Source of the DNA: Podospora anserina
Lineage: Eukaryota
DNA: 64,000 nt
Assembly (NCBI GenBank): GCA_017654855.1
Contig: CM030333.1
Location: forward strand, 4,650,001-4,714,000
Direction of reading: 5' to 3'
Shown here: positions 49,548 through 61,677 of the stretch, piece by piece
Layout of the letters: each line of letters opens with the position of its first letter
How positions within the stretch are numbered: position 1 is the first letter of the stretch
Translations under genes and position numbers: made by a program
Notes under the pieces: generated by a model
The model's database searches: none
What the model was told of the DNA's origin: nothing
The model's input: only the letters and a program-made list of their open reading frames with translations

Positions 49548-50510
49548 TTACTCCTTCTTTTCCTCTTCCTTCTTCTCGTCTTCCTCCTTCTTCTCGTCTT
49601 CCTCCTTCTTCTCCACCTCCTCTTCCTTCTCCTCCTCGATCACCGCCGCCGCCACCTCCTCCTTCTTCTCTTCTGCCCTCTCCTCATCTTTCTTCCCCTC
49701 TTCTACCACCACCACCTCCTCCTCCCCATTCTCCCCCTTCTTCTCCTCCCCATTCTCCCCCTTTTCTTCCCCATTCAACCCCTCGACAATCTCCCTCACA
49801 ACCTTGACCGTCCCCTCGGGGCTCCCCGCCTGCGCAGCAAGCACCTTCCCCGCCTTATCAACAACAAACACCCCCCTCGTCGTCCCCTTGGGCGCCTTCT
49901 TCAGCCCGATCGCCCCAATCAGCGTCGCGCCGGGGTCACAGAGCAGCTCATACGGCAGCTTCTGCTTCTCCTTGAACGTGGTGTTCGCCTTGGGCGAATC
50001 AGTCGACAAGCCATAAATGTCAAACCCGGACTCGGTTGCCAGGGCGGTGTACTCGTCGCGGAACATGCAGGCTTGGCGGGTGCCTTTATTTTTGGTATCG
50101 TTACATCAGCAATCCATCATTGATATTGGGAAGGGGGGTTTTGGGAACACAAGAAACTCACAGCCAGGAGTGGAAGCCTTGGGGTAAGTAAACAGCACGA
50201 CTCCCTTCTTTGACTTTGCTGCCAGCGCGGCGAGGGTGGTGGAGTCGCCGGTCTGGAGGGCGATCTCCCCCCCGAAACCGTCAAGAGTGATTACATCACC
50301 GACAGCAGGCTTCTCGGCAGAGGCGGCCGCAGCGCCATTGGTGAAAGTGGCCGCTTCGGCGACCTTGGTGACGGTTTCCTTCACCGCGTCCTTCACCTTT
50401 GCCGCGGCCGTCTTGTTGGGCGCAGCGGCCTTCTTGGTAGCGGTGGCCCTTTTGGCGGGAGGCTCAGGGGGAGGAGGGGGAGCTTTGCGCTTGCGGAGTT
50501 CGACGGGCAT
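49548..50510 (-). CDS. DOT5: Peroxiredoxin Q/BCP family (nuclear Dot5-like)
   Basis: Intron 50161-50084 splits YPKASTPG-C-TRQAC (PxxxTxxC peroxidatic motif with resolving Cys); basic N-terminus MPVELRKRK; acidic tail. Confidence 0.92.
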
Positions 50511-51848
50511 TTTTGATGGTTGTGTGATGAGATATCAATATTGATTGGGGGTTGGAGGCTGGAGGTAGAGAGAAAGAGTTGGGGGTCGCGGAGGTTACGC
50601 GACTGGGATGGATTGCAGGTTACAATAGTAAGTGGTTTGGGGAAAGGAGAAAGTCAAAGAGAAAAAAGAAAAAAAGAAGGGGAGAAACCAGAGAAGAAAA
50701 AGAAGAGACGTCGTCGGGGGGAGGTTGCTGTTGCGCAAGCGTGCTGGCCAATCACGTTGCGCGGTGCAGCCCGGGTCAGGGGTGCGAGTGTCAAGGTCAA
50801 GGTGTGTGTGCGATATGCGATGGAGCATAGACAAAGGCGAGAAAATGGAGCTTGTTTTCTGCGCGCGCGCGCGCGCTCTGGAGAATGCGCCCGCCGCCAC
50901 ACACGAGGGACAGGGCAATTCGGACGGGAGGAGCTTTGCTGCAAAACTCGGGGATGAATTGCCCGTCCCCGCGTTGCATGTAGAGGGGGGGGGGAGATGG
51001 GATGGGATGGAGGGTTCCAGTATGTTGCAGACGCAGACCGAGACCGGGAAGGAAAAGCAAAAGCAAGCTATTATCTGAAAGATCAAGTTATTATGATGAT
51101 GAATGAGTACTATGGCACGCCCGTCTGAGGCACGAGTACCGTCTCTGCAACACACAGACAGAAAGGGAAAAGATCTCGATCGGACCGGCCCTACATACAA
51201 AATCCAGCGCACTCCTTGTGCAACGAGAGGGGGCTGGCTGGCTGTTACGTCGAGGGGAGCTTTTGAAATCAGGCGCAATATTCGGCACCCACCTTTCTCT
51301 TCTTTCTCTCTCTTCAAGTTAATGCCGTTAGCCATAGAAATTCAATAGGGTAACAGCATTGACTTTGAAAAAACCCCAAGCAGTCAGGTGATGGAATGGT
51401 GCCATCTCGCTCCCCGTCACAAAGGGTGATCGCGGAGTCGGTCGAGGTTTTGTGAGGAGCCAGGCCAGAGGAGTTCGGTGGTAGGAGGTGGTCCGTGAGA
51501 CGGATGGATCGCTCCTCAGTCCGTTTCCCCAAGAACGTGGTTCTCGAAGTGCCAAGTGCTGGCCCAGGCCAACCCTGTCCGTTTGCGACCCAGCGCCAGT
51601 GGAGCTGCCCGGTCCAGATTCTCCAACTGAAGGCTCGGCATTCTTCACCTTCTTGAACCCGGCTAAACTGCGGGCTCTTTGACATGCTAAGAGCTAAGCA
51701 AGCCAACGCCAAGACCGCAGCAACTGGGAGCATCATCGTGTGTGTGTGAGAGGCAGGCTGGTTGTTGGCAGCAGCGAAGTCCCCATCTTTGAATCTCTGA
51801 ATATCTTCAAGTGGTAAAACCCTACCACAGAACCCCCCAACCGCCAAA

Positions 51849-52573
51849 ATGGCCTCCAAAGCGGTAGCAAAGGCTGCGGCCGGCACTGTCCAAAAGATCA
51901 GCACCGTATGTTTTCAATTGCTTACCTAGTCTCGTAGAATTGCCTCTTGTACTGATATTTCCCCATCCAGAAATACACCGTCCAGTCCACCGGCCTCTGG
52001 GAGAAGCTCCGCGCCTCCCTCTCCCTCGACGCCAACCGCTCCAACGGCGTCCCCCTCAACCCCTACAACCGCTTCCCCGCCCCCGGCCAGAACGATCCCC
52101 TCAAGTACGACGACCCCGTCACCCTCCCGGCCGGCGACCTCGCCGACAACCCGTACTGGAAGCGCGACGCCCGCCGCAACTACCCCCGTCTTTCTGTCGT
52201 CTCCCAGGCCGAGCAGGTTGCTCTCCTGACCGTCGGCTCCGCTGCCGCCCCCCGTGTCGAGCTCATTGGCGAGGAGGGATCCAAGGCTCTGGTTGCCGCC
52301 CAGGAGCAGGGCAAGCAGGCTGGCCTGGCCAACTATATCGAGTCTGCCGGTGTCGAGGCTGCGAAGAGGGTGCTGGAGGCCACTGGTGGCCTGCCACCTC
52401 TGCCGAGCGGGACGACGATGAGCAATGCCGAGGGGAAGTGGGATGTGCACAAGTACAAGCTGGAGGAGGAGCAGAGCTATGGGGAGGAGTAGGTCTTTTC
52501 TCTTTTTATTTCTCTCTCCTATGAAAGAGATGTGCTAACGAATCACAGCTACCCCTGCAGAACCTTTGCCTAA
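51849..52573 (+). CDS. NADH:ubiquinone oxidoreductase 21.3 kDa accessory subunit (NUZM/NDUFA7-like)
   Basis: Exons 51849-51905, 51971-52488 and 52549-52573; KYTVQSTGLWE..NRSNGVPLNP..DLADNPYWKRDARRNYPRLS..YPCRTFA. Correct frame absent from the ORF track. Confidence 0.9.
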
Positions 52574-52775
52574 GGTTGGTCGTTTAGAGAAAGGAGAAAG
52601 AAAGAGGTCACCGAGAAGCTGTACATAAGACCTGCAAAATAGAGGCGGTATAGACAGACGGGGCATGCTGGCTTTGAGACGCGTTTTTCATTTGTTGCTT
52701 TCATTCATGAGATTATGTGCGTGAATGAGTGTATACGTGGGTGTCTATCTACAGCTTCCCTTTCCATCACCACAT

Positions 52776-53315
52776 TCAAACGGTGACCCCCTTACTTGCT
52801 GTCCCTGCCTCCTCCCCTCCGCTTGCTTTCTCCCCGACCATCCTCTCGATAATCTTCGCCTTCCCCTGCCCCCTCTTTATCCTATCATCGAAATCATTCA
52901 CCGCCTCGTCTGTGTTCTCCATGGACAAGCTTTCCGTCTCAACCAGGGCATACAGTGTGGTGATGTGCTTCTCTAGCCTGGGGTTCTTGGGTAGTGGTGG
53001 GAGGTCTTTCTTTTCTGTCTCGGTCTCTGTTGGCACAACTGGTTCTGATGACGCCGGTGGTGATTTTGACGGTGGCGAAGAAGAACGGTTGGGCAGTCGA
53101 TTGGCCCAGACTAACGCCCTTCCGTACAACCTTCCCGCCTCGAGAAATTTCTGGTAGCCCTTTTCCAGACCCAGCTGTCTTCCCTCGGTGCGACCAGCGA
53201 GGACTCCATCGGCGGCGCCTTGGTTGTAACCTTCGGTGTAGAACAGGGTTTCGAGGTGGAGGAGGGAGTCGAAGGGGTCTTCTGCGGAGTTTATGGTTTG
53301 GTGATTTGACGCCAT
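52776..53315 (-). CDS. LTO1: Lto1/ORAOV1-family protein (Yae1_N domain; ABCE1/Rli1 Fe-S maturation adaptor)
   Basis: DPFDSLLHLE..EGYNQG..AGRTEGRQLGLEKGYQKF deca-GX3 pattern. Confidence 0.85.
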   Translation of the reverse strand: MASNHQTINSAEDPFDSLLHLETLFYTEGYNQGAADGVLAGRTEGRQLGLEKGYQKFLEAGRLYGRALVWANRLPNRSSSPPSKSPPASSEPVVPTETETEKKDLPPLPKNPRLEKHITTLYALVETESLSMENTDEAVNDFDDRIKRGQGKAKIIERMVGEKASGGEEAGTASKGVTV

Positions 53316-53384
53316 GGTTTTTATGTGTGAGTGGGAGGGTATAGAATTATGGGATAACCGTGTAAGATGCGGTCAAGAATGACT

Positions 53385-53453
53385 GTGAGTGAGTGAGTGA
53401 GTGAGTGAGTGAGTGAGTGAGTGAGTGAGTGAGTGAGTGAGTGAGTGAGTGAG
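53385..53453. repeat. (GTGA)n tetranucleotide microsatellite, about 17 units
   Basis: Perfect run about 70 bp upstream of the LTO1 ATG. Confidence 0.97.
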
Positions 53454-53835
53454 CGGCTTGATAGGCAAGTAACTATGGCGGGGTGAGCCGAGTTCAAAAG
53501 AGCCGGCCGGAGCGAGCGAACGAGCGCGGGGCAAATTTTGGCCCCGCAGTGAGACGTTTTGGTTGTGTAAGCCGAGCTTCCAGGTTGAGAGCTCATCCTG
53601 GACGGTGTCAGCTTCATTTTTGTTTTTATGCTTTCTTCCTCCAAACCAGTTTCTCATATTGAAGTAAGAGTTTGGGCTGGAAGCATTTAGCATGAGCCAC
53701 CTCGTTTTGCTGGGAACCTCAGCTCACCATAGACAATAAATTCAGCTCAACTCGATAGCATCCGGCCTTGTCTCTAATGATACCTATATCATCTCTCAAA
53801 TATACAAACCATGAACTCTATGTATGAGTGTCCCC

Positions 53836-54721
53836 CTAATGAAGCATAACCATCCCTCCATTAGCACAAACAACCTGTCCCGTAATCCACCCCGCCTCCA
53901 TCCCACACAGCATCCCAACCACACCCGCAATCTCCCCCGTCCTCGCCGCCCTCGTCCCGTCCGGCAGACTCTCATCCTTCACATCCCCCTCCTGCGCCTT
54001 CATTAACGGAGTGTGCTTGATCCAACCCTCAATCCCCTCTAGGAAAACCTCTGCATTACTCGCGTACATCGGCCCCTCCACTGGACCAGGGTTCACCGCG
54101 TTCACCGTGGCATTCTGCGCCAACTCCCGCGACCACGTCCGTGTCATTGCTTCCAACGCAGCCTTGGTCCCGCCGTAGACAGACTGGGTGACGAACCCGG
54201 TAGAGGAGGAGACGGAAGAGATGTTGACTATCCTGCCTGATCTATCCTTAGGGAGGTAAGGCTGGGCGGCTTGGACGAGAAGGAGAGGACCCAAAACGTT
54301 GACGCGGTAGGTGGCTTCGAATTGGGGGATTGTGACGTCGGGGAGGAGGGCGTTTTGGGCTATGCCGGCGTTGTTGATGATGATGTCTATTTGGAAGGTG
54401 TTGTCTGAAGAGGAGAAAGCAGATTTGACATCTTGAACAAGTTTGGCGGGACCTTCCGGGCTGCCAATGTCTGCTTGGATGGGAACGACTTTAATGTTGT
54501 GGGAGGAGGTGAGCTGGGCGGCGAGGTCGTTGGCGATGGAGGTAGAGGAGGGGGAGGTGTAGTTGAGGGCTATGTTGCAGCCTTTGGAGGCGAGGTTTTC
54601 GGCTATGGCTGCGCCAATGCCTGGTGATTGTTAGCATAGTGGTGAGAAGGGACGGTTAGGGACACATACCTCGCGATGAGCCGGTTATGATGGCGAGTTT
54701 GCCTTCGAGAGGGCGAGACAT
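53836..54721 (-). CDS. Classical short-chain dehydrogenase/reductase (3-oxoacyl-ACP reductase-like)
   Basis: MSRPLEGKLAIITGSSRG/intron (about 54669-54622)/IGAAIA; IINNAG, NISS, YGGTK (YxxxK), VNPGP, WITGQ. Confidence 0.93.
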
Positions 54722-55192
54722 GTTCCTGGTGATATCAATGCTATACAAAACTAACACAGATGAGAGAGAGCTCTTTGGACGCGGACAGGGAAGAAAATAA
54801 AATCAATTTGAGGAGATAGCTTCATATATACAAAACAAAGCGGCGTAACCCCCCACGGAATGACAATGCCCTTGATGTATAAGTTGGACATGCCCCGCAT
54901 CTGGCGATGTCGGTCGAGGTCCATCCGGGGAAGCTCTTTACCCTGGGAAGCTGCCCCGCTATTTGCGCGGCTACAGCGCCCACCCCACATGGCTTTCAGC
55001 GGGAAGTCCCACCCATTGGCGGCGTTGAATTTCACCTTGGCCGTCTTGTCAGAAGAGCCCCACCAAACGGCCGTCCCGTCCAGCGTTCAATTCACGCCGC
55101 CCGCATCACGCCGAAGCTTGCCGACTACGAAGCTTTCGATTATTTAGCTATACCGTACATACAAGGCCCGAACAAGTTCAGCTCAAGACACA

Positions 55193-55954
55193 ATGGACAT
55201 CCGCCTCCTCCGCCCCTCCGACATCCCCCTCATCCAGCACGCCAACCTCGAGAACCTCCCCGAGAACTACTTCCTCAAGTACTACCTCTACCACGCCCTC
55301 TCCTGGCCCCAGCTCTCCTTCGTGGCAGTCGACGTCTCCCGCCCCGCAAAGACCCCCTATGACTACCCCAAGATCGTCGGCTATGTCCTCGCCAAAATGG
55401 AAGAAGAGCCCACGGACGGCGTCCAGCACGGCCACATCACCTCCCTCAGCGTGATGCGCACCCACCGGAGGCTGGGTATCGCGGAAAAACTCATGAGACA
55501 GAGCCGTATGTTCCCCCCTTTTACCCCCCCACCCAAATCACAGTGTATTGATGGGTGAACAGAACAAGCAATGGTGGAAGCCTTCAACGCCCGTTACGTC
55601 TCCCTCCACGTCCGCGTCTCCAACCAAGCCGCCATCCACCTCTACCGCAACACGCTCAAGTTCGAGACGGAAAAGACGGAGCCAAAGTACTACGCCGACG
55701 GGGAGGACGCGTTCTGCATGAAGCTCGATCTGGATTTTATCAAGCAGCAGATTTTGGAGGCGGAGAAGGCCGAGGATGAGCAAGACAAGAAGAAGAACAA
55801 TGGCTCGGAAGAGAAGACGAAAGAAGACCAGGACGAGGGCGAACCGGTGGGGGATGTGGGTAGGGATCCGGAACAGGACAAGAAGATCAAGGTCAAGGTT
55901 GGGAGGGGGTTGGGGGTGGGGGAGTTGGTGGAGAGGGACGAGAGTAAACATTAG
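55193..55954 (+). CDS. ARD1: NatA N-terminal acetyltransferase catalytic subunit Ard1/Naa10
   Basis: [41 protein letters not shown], intron 55506-55562, [16 protein letters not shown]. Confidence 0.97.
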
Positions 55955-56334
55955 TTTTGCAGGTGTTTGTGGTGTTTTAAAAAGGGATGTCTAGATATGT
56001 GGGTTCTGTTTTGTCCTTGGTTGAGCGTTTAGAAACGTGGGCAAGGGTGGGCGGGAATACAAAAAGTCTACCGGTCAGGTGTGTTTTGATGTGATATGGG
56101 TGGGTGATGTTGGTTTGTGATTAGACATGAGTGGAAAAGGGGCTCGAACAGGTAAACATTGTTTGTCGATATCAAGGCTCACACAAAGCGGACGGTATAA
56201 ACAGGGGGTTATGGAGCTTACTAATGTCCCATTATTTAACGCTACCTATCGCAAACTCCAACACAAAACGGCCGCTAAGATCTGATGAAAACATGTTTTC
56301 GTGACTGTCATGAACTCACACAAACCCTCACCTC

Positions 56335-58869
56335 TCACCTTTCAGCCCTCATAAACAACCCATGTCTACTCTCTTCCTCCCTCGCCAGCTCCCTCGCAAA
56401 CTCCTCATCCGCCTCCGTCCTCAATCTCTCCATTTCCACCGCCAACTCCTCAATCTCCTTTTCCAGCCCGATCGCCGCCTTTTCGTCCTCCGCCTTGGGG
56501 AATCCCGGACCAGAGATCTTTTCTTGAAGGCTCAATAGATCCGAGTACTTGGCGGTGATCTCATCCTCAATCTCATCGGCTCGTTTGTATTTTGCTGCTG
56601 AGGGCTCTGGGGGTGTGGCGTTGTCACTTTCTTGGGGCCAGGCTCCGGGCGGTAGGGGGCCGGGACGGCCAAGGGGGAATCCGGTGGGTGTTGGGGGGCT
56701 ATTGGCAGCGGCATCGAAGGAGAGACCGCGGTAGGAGGGGGGTGCTTCGGATTGGGGGACGAGGGGAAGAGCTGGTGCGCCAAAGGGGTTTGTTTGAGGC
56801 ATTGGGGGCATCGGGGGCATCGGGGGCATCGGGGGCATCGGGGGCATGTAAGGCGGAAAGCCCTGAGGAAAAAGATGAGACGGTCCATGGGGAGGCGGAG
56901 GGCCAGGCGGTGGTGGACCATGATGGGGAACAGGAAGAGGACCAGATCTATGACCGTGACGGTGAAAGTCCTTCTCTGCCCGGCGCATCTCCTTTTTGGT
57001 TTGACGCTTCTCCCGCTTCTCTTGCCTTCGGCGTTGACGCTTCTCCTTGCGGAGCTGGCGGCGCTGACGCTTTTGCTCCTTCTTCAGCTGCTTCCATTCA
57101 CGCATCAACTCCTTAACCTCACGGCGCAGGGCCTTGCGGTCCTGTGTCATGTTGACTGGCTCGTTGATCTCTGTGGCAGGGGCACGGCGAGCCTCACGGA
57201 TCTGTTGCTTTGCTTGACGCACTCTTTCCCGTGTGATCTGTTGTTCGGGGTGATGGAGGGACTCCGAGAGGTACGTCTTCATGACGGGCAGCTGGGTGTC
57301 TTTCAGGTCGTCATAGTCGGGTAGAGAGCCGATGGTGGACTCAGAACTGCTGGACGACCTTGATGATGTGCTCGATACAGAGCTTGACCGGGAGCGACGG
57401 CGCTCTTTGGAAGGAGACTGGTGTGTCCTTCCACGGTCTTGGCCCTGAGCAGGTTGGTTGGCCGGTTGAACGTTGCCAACACCCTCCTCGCCTTCCCGTC
57501 CACGTTGTGCTGGCTGTTCTGGTTCTGTCGGACCTTGCCCCCAACGGCTGTTCCACCATCCTCCTCGTCCTCCCCGACCAAAGTAGTGATGTTGTCCACG
57601 TTCGGGCCTCTGTCCGCCGCAAGCACCTCTCCCACCAGGACCACCCCAAGTCCATCGAGGCGGGCATGACATCCCCGGCATGATTGGTGGAGGTTGAAAC
57701 CCACGGACATCACCCGGAAGACGACACCAACCCCCAGGTCCTCCTCCACGACCGTGGGGCCCCCCTCTGCCACCAAACATATTCCCAGGATTCCACCCAT
57801 TGATGCTAATCCCATTAGTATCAGCCACTATGCCCCCGATCTTGAGATGGCCAGTCCGACCATCTACCACAAAATTATTCCCGATGCTAATCCTCTCCCC
57901 ATCAACTTTGATTCCGCCAAAGTTGAACCCATTGCCGTTATTGTTATTGTTACTGTTGCTAGGCCCAGCAGCACCACTCCCTCCACCAAAAGGACTAAAC
58001 CGTCCCATCCACCCCCCTTGCCCCCGCGCCTGCTGCTGTCCCTGCCCCGAAGGAGTATCAAACCTCTCCTCCCATCCCCCAGGCATCCTCTCCTCCCTCT
58101 CTCCCTCGCCCTCATACCTAACAACAACCCTCACCCCCCTACTCTCCCAAAACCCCTCATTCCACTCCCTCACCATCCTCTCCACCCTCTCCCTCCTCGC
58201 CCCGACCCCCTCCCCATCACCATCCCTATTACCAACCCCCCTTATCCTCTCCAGCAAGAAAACCTCGGCCTGGCTCCTAGTATCACTCTCCCCCTTCTCA
58301 CTACCAGTCTCAACCCCCTCCGCCCTCAGTTTCCTATCCACCACCCGTTCATTCGTCCTATCCGCAAACCCAGGCAGCAGATAATTCAGAAACGTCATCC
58401 AGTCCTCCCGCGTGATATCCCCATTCTCACCAGCACCACCACCGACAGTCAACCTGTCGATCCCAGCGATGGCCTCTACATCCGTCAGAGCTGGGTCAGC
58501 AGCGAGGGTGATCTCAACTGTTGTCGGGCCACCGACGAAAACACCCGAATGCGGCCGGCTGTCGAAGTATGCCTGCGCCTCTGGGATCCGCCGAGGACGA
58601 GAAGTAGCAAGCGGCGATGAGGGGGCAGCGACAAGGTCAGCAGCAGTGTTGGATTGTGCCGACTGGGGAGTTAGAGGAGGGGTGTAAATAATCTCGCCGT
58701 CGTAGGTGGTGGTGTCGTCCGAGTTGGATGAGTTCCTTCGCAGGGTTGATGTGGTGGTGGGCGGTGTCGGGTTGGTCGGAGATGGGCCAGAGGACGTGTT
58801 GGAGTATATGTCTGTTTCTGAGTATGGAGGGGGAGGGATGTCTTCGAGGGGAGCACGCCGGGATGTCAT
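56335..58869 (-). CDS. Fungal protein of unknown function (about 844 aa): PY motifs, DUF4646/Erf4-like helical domain, G-rich segment, basic coiled coil, (PPM)n
   Basis: Long intronless ORF from ATG 58869; PPPPY, LPDY and PPSY motifs; DITREDWMTFLNYL..VREWNEGFWESRGVRV; C-terminal coiled coil ADEEFARELAREE. Confidence 0.75.
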   Translation of the reverse strand: MTSRRAPLEDIPPPPYSETDIYSNTSSGPSPTNPTPPTTTSTLRRNSSNSDDTTTYDGEIIYTPPLTPQSAQSNTAADLVAAPSSPLATSRPRRIPEAQAYFDSRPHSGVFVGGPTTVEITLAADPALTDVEAIAGIDRLTVGGGAGENGDITREDWMTFLNYLLPGFADRTNERVVDRKLRAEGVETGSEKGESDTRSQAEVFLLERIRGVGNRDGDGEGVGARRERVERMVREWNEGFWESRGVRVVVRYEGEGEREERMPGGWEERFDTPSGQGQQQARGQGGWMGRFSPFGGGSGAAGPSNSNNNNNGNGFNFGGIKVDGERISIGNNFVVDGRTGHLKIGGIVADTNGISINGWNPGNMFGGRGGPHGRGGGPGGWCRLPGDVRGFQPPPIMPGMSCPPRWTWGGPGGRGACGGQRPERGQHHYFGRGGRGGWWNSRWGQGPTEPEQPAQRGREGEEGVGNVQPANQPAQGQDRGRTHQSPSKERRRSRSSSVSSTSSRSSSSSESTIGSLPDYDDLKDTQLPVMKTYLSESLHHPEQQITRERVRQAKQQIREARRAPATEINEPVNMTQDRKALRREVKELMREWKQLKKEQKRQRRQLRKEKRQRRRQEKREKRQTKKEMRRAEKDFHRHGHRSGPLPVPHHGPPPPGPPPPHGPSHLFPQGFPPYMPPMPPMPPMPPMPPMPQTNPFGAPALPLVPQSEAPPSYRGLSFDAAANSPPTPTGFPLGRPGPLPPGAWPQESDNATPPEPSAAKYKRADEIEDEITAKYSDLLSLQEKISGPGFPKAEDEKAAIGLEKEIEELAVEMERLRTEADEEFARELAREEESRHGLFMRAER

Positions 58870-59538
58870 GTTGCTGATGATTGGAAGGTGAGGTAAGATC
58901 AACAAAAAATAGACAACAACCTAAGGTAATGGAATCAGAGGTTCAACGTCCAAAAGAGCCCCAAAGTGGGGTGGACACTGAGATAACTACGGATAGACGC
59001 ACTGGCTTCGGGCAAAGAGAAAAACAGTCAAGGCACAGCAAAAAGGCGGGGCGATTAAGCATTTGTTGGTATTCTTGCGGTGAATGGACAGCTCGCCAAA
59101 AGGATGATGAGAGTCAGATTCATCAAACCAGCCATCATGGGTTGAGGTGAAGGATGTGTAAGCCAGCTCGCTGAACAAACCTTAAAGTCCCCCCGAGTCT
59201 CCGCGCGCTTCGCTGCCATTTGCCAGGGGGCCGTTGCCCACAAGGGCACCGCAAGAGGCTTGGCTGACATAGCCCCATAGTTCGGTCCCCTATTCGCTCC
59301 CCGCAGTCCTTTGTTCTGTGGGTCCCACGCTCACCACACCACCACTCGGCCTCGAAGCTTACGCGGCCCTACCAGGCGTCAACAGTCCACCTAGTCTAGG
59401 CCTGTCAAAGCTCCATTGGGTATAATAAAACGACATGTGAATGGCTCGATTAAGAGCCGCAGCCAGAGGCCACGAAGAGCTGTCGCGTTCTCTGCCCCTC
59501 TCAAGATCAAGAATGTGACGCACAGCACACAGTTTTCT

Positions 59539-60942
59539 TTAAACCTCACCGTCGTGGAGAGAATATCCTATATCTTCCACCTTGTAATGGTCGGCCAAAA
59601 TACTAGCCAAATGATGGCGTGTCTGTGGTCCCCTATTGGAAAGTTAACGAATCGCCAAATCTTAACCGACCATGCATTACAGCAGGGCAACTTACAAGTT
59701 GGTGATGTACACTTCCACGAGTGATGGTGGGATGTAATCGGTCACGGTATTTTCGATATCCAGAGCCTCGACCTCGGGACCGTCTGCATAGCTCACAAAG
59801 CTGGATGGGTTGCCGAGTTCACTAATGACAGCCTCGTCCGATGGATCCTCAGGGCAGAACTTGTAGATGGCACCAAGAACAATGACAGGCTTCAAAAACT
59901 CTCTGGCAGCTTGAGCAGCAATGCAGGCACCGCTGTCTACAAGCAAGCCACCGTTTTGGTAAATCACCTTGGCACCAAAAATGACCTTGTTCACCCTGGG
60001 AATATAGGCCATCAACCCATTGCTGGCCAAGTTGATGGTGGTAACTCCGTGCGAGTTGAGCTTCTTCCTCAATGCCGCATAGGGCTTCTCACCACTTCCT
60101 GGCTCGATAGGGTCGATACTGGCAATGAAGACAGTAAACCGCCGCCTCGTGGCAGCCTTGATGAGAAACCTCTCAACCGTCTTGGTGGGCTGATAGGCAA
60201 GCACATACTCGCCAGGGTGAATCTGGATATCCGCAAAACTCGCAATCTGGTCATCGGCCTGCTGGATCTCGTCCATGATTTCCTCAATCCCATTGATAAC
60301 CTCGGTTCGCAGGGCATGTACACTGGCAGGCTGGGCCTGAGAAAGTGGTGTTGAAGCTCCAGTCATGGGTGTGTCGGCAGCAGTGGCGGCTGAGAGAATG
60401 TTGAACATGGACTTGGACACCTGAAGGCCGCCTGGGGCAGCAGTGTTGGAGCGCATAAGGACTGGGGTCGGGGCAGGCCGTTGTGGTGGAGGGTTGGTAG
60501 GGGCAAGGCTCTGGATATCGGATGCCGAATCGCTGCCCAAGTCGTCGGCATTATTTCTGTCCTCGGTTGCCTCGTCGCGGATGAGGCCCAGCACTCGGCG
60601 CACAATATTTCCAATTACTGGCTCGTGAGGGGCAGCTCGTGCAAGTCTGGACCCAACACTCTGGACTCTGCCCAAGAGCTGGTCAACATCGTGCCATTTC
60701 GATCGCGCAACAACCTGGAGGAGAATGTGGGCTGTCGCAACGGCGCAGTCATCGCCCTTTACCTGGCGGCGCTTGAGGAGACTAACAAGAGAGGAACAAA
60801 AGTCAGAAGAGCTCAAAACACCGCAGCACAAGGCAGTCACCTACAATATTAAAGCTTCGATTGAAGCCTCATAGGGCTGACTCTTGAGGGACTTGATCAG
60901 CTTGTCCAAGCTGGGGGCATAGTTTGCCTGTGATGGTGGCAT
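59539..60942 (-). CDS. GCD7: Translation initiation factor eIF2B beta subunit
   Basis: ATG 60942, introns near 60843-60782 and 59694-59632; LLKRRQV..PHEPVIGNIVRRVLGLIR..VNKVIFGA..TDYIPPSLVEVYITNL/GPQTRHHL. Confidence 0.92.
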
Positions 60943-61677
60943 GGCTTTGTGTGTGTGTGAATATAGACAGTATCAACCGTATAAGCCACTGAGGATCAAG
61001 GATATGTTTTTGAACAAGATGGGTGACCCCGCGGTTCGTGCTGGGAAATCGCGGAAGCTCGAAAACGGCAGGTATGGTGTTTCTCGTTGTCTGTCTCTTT
61101 GCGGTGTAGAATATGGGCTGATCAATTGTTTTGCTGAAGTCTCTTTGTCAAATCACTTGTCTTAACTGACTGGGAATTTGGCTTTTGCTTCCAGAAGAAC
61201 AGAATGAGTCAATGTGTCACTGCAAGCTTTCAGCCTTGGGGAACGAACCGTGGAAAATTATGGTGGGGTACTTTCAGTGTCCCGCATTGAACACCCCACC
61301 CCGCCCACCTTTCGCTCAATCCGGCTCATCTTCGGCCCTTTGAGCCCCCCTCAACACCGACCTTTTTCTCATGATGGTCCGAGCGCCTACACCGCTTGGC
61401 ATCGGGGCACGGGCCTCGACACTGCCGCTAGCGCCAGAAATTCTTGGAGCTGGCGGAACGGGCATACAATTGGCCTACAAAATTTCTGGCTCGCCTTTGC
61501 ATCTGAAAATCTGCAAGTCTCGACTCGTCTGGCGCAAAGGTGGCAGCACTATATTTGTTGATTCCCCCTCTTAATCGACTCAATTGCTTGTATTATCCCG
61601 ACTATTCGGTAATCATATCTCTTATTTCACCCCGCCCGTCTTCGATTTTCACGCGCCGAGCTCAGAAAGTCGCCAAA

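Noticed and set aside
57694-58620. 308-aa plus-strand Pro-rich ORF
   Set aside because: Antisense shadow of the G/E-rich minus-strand gene.
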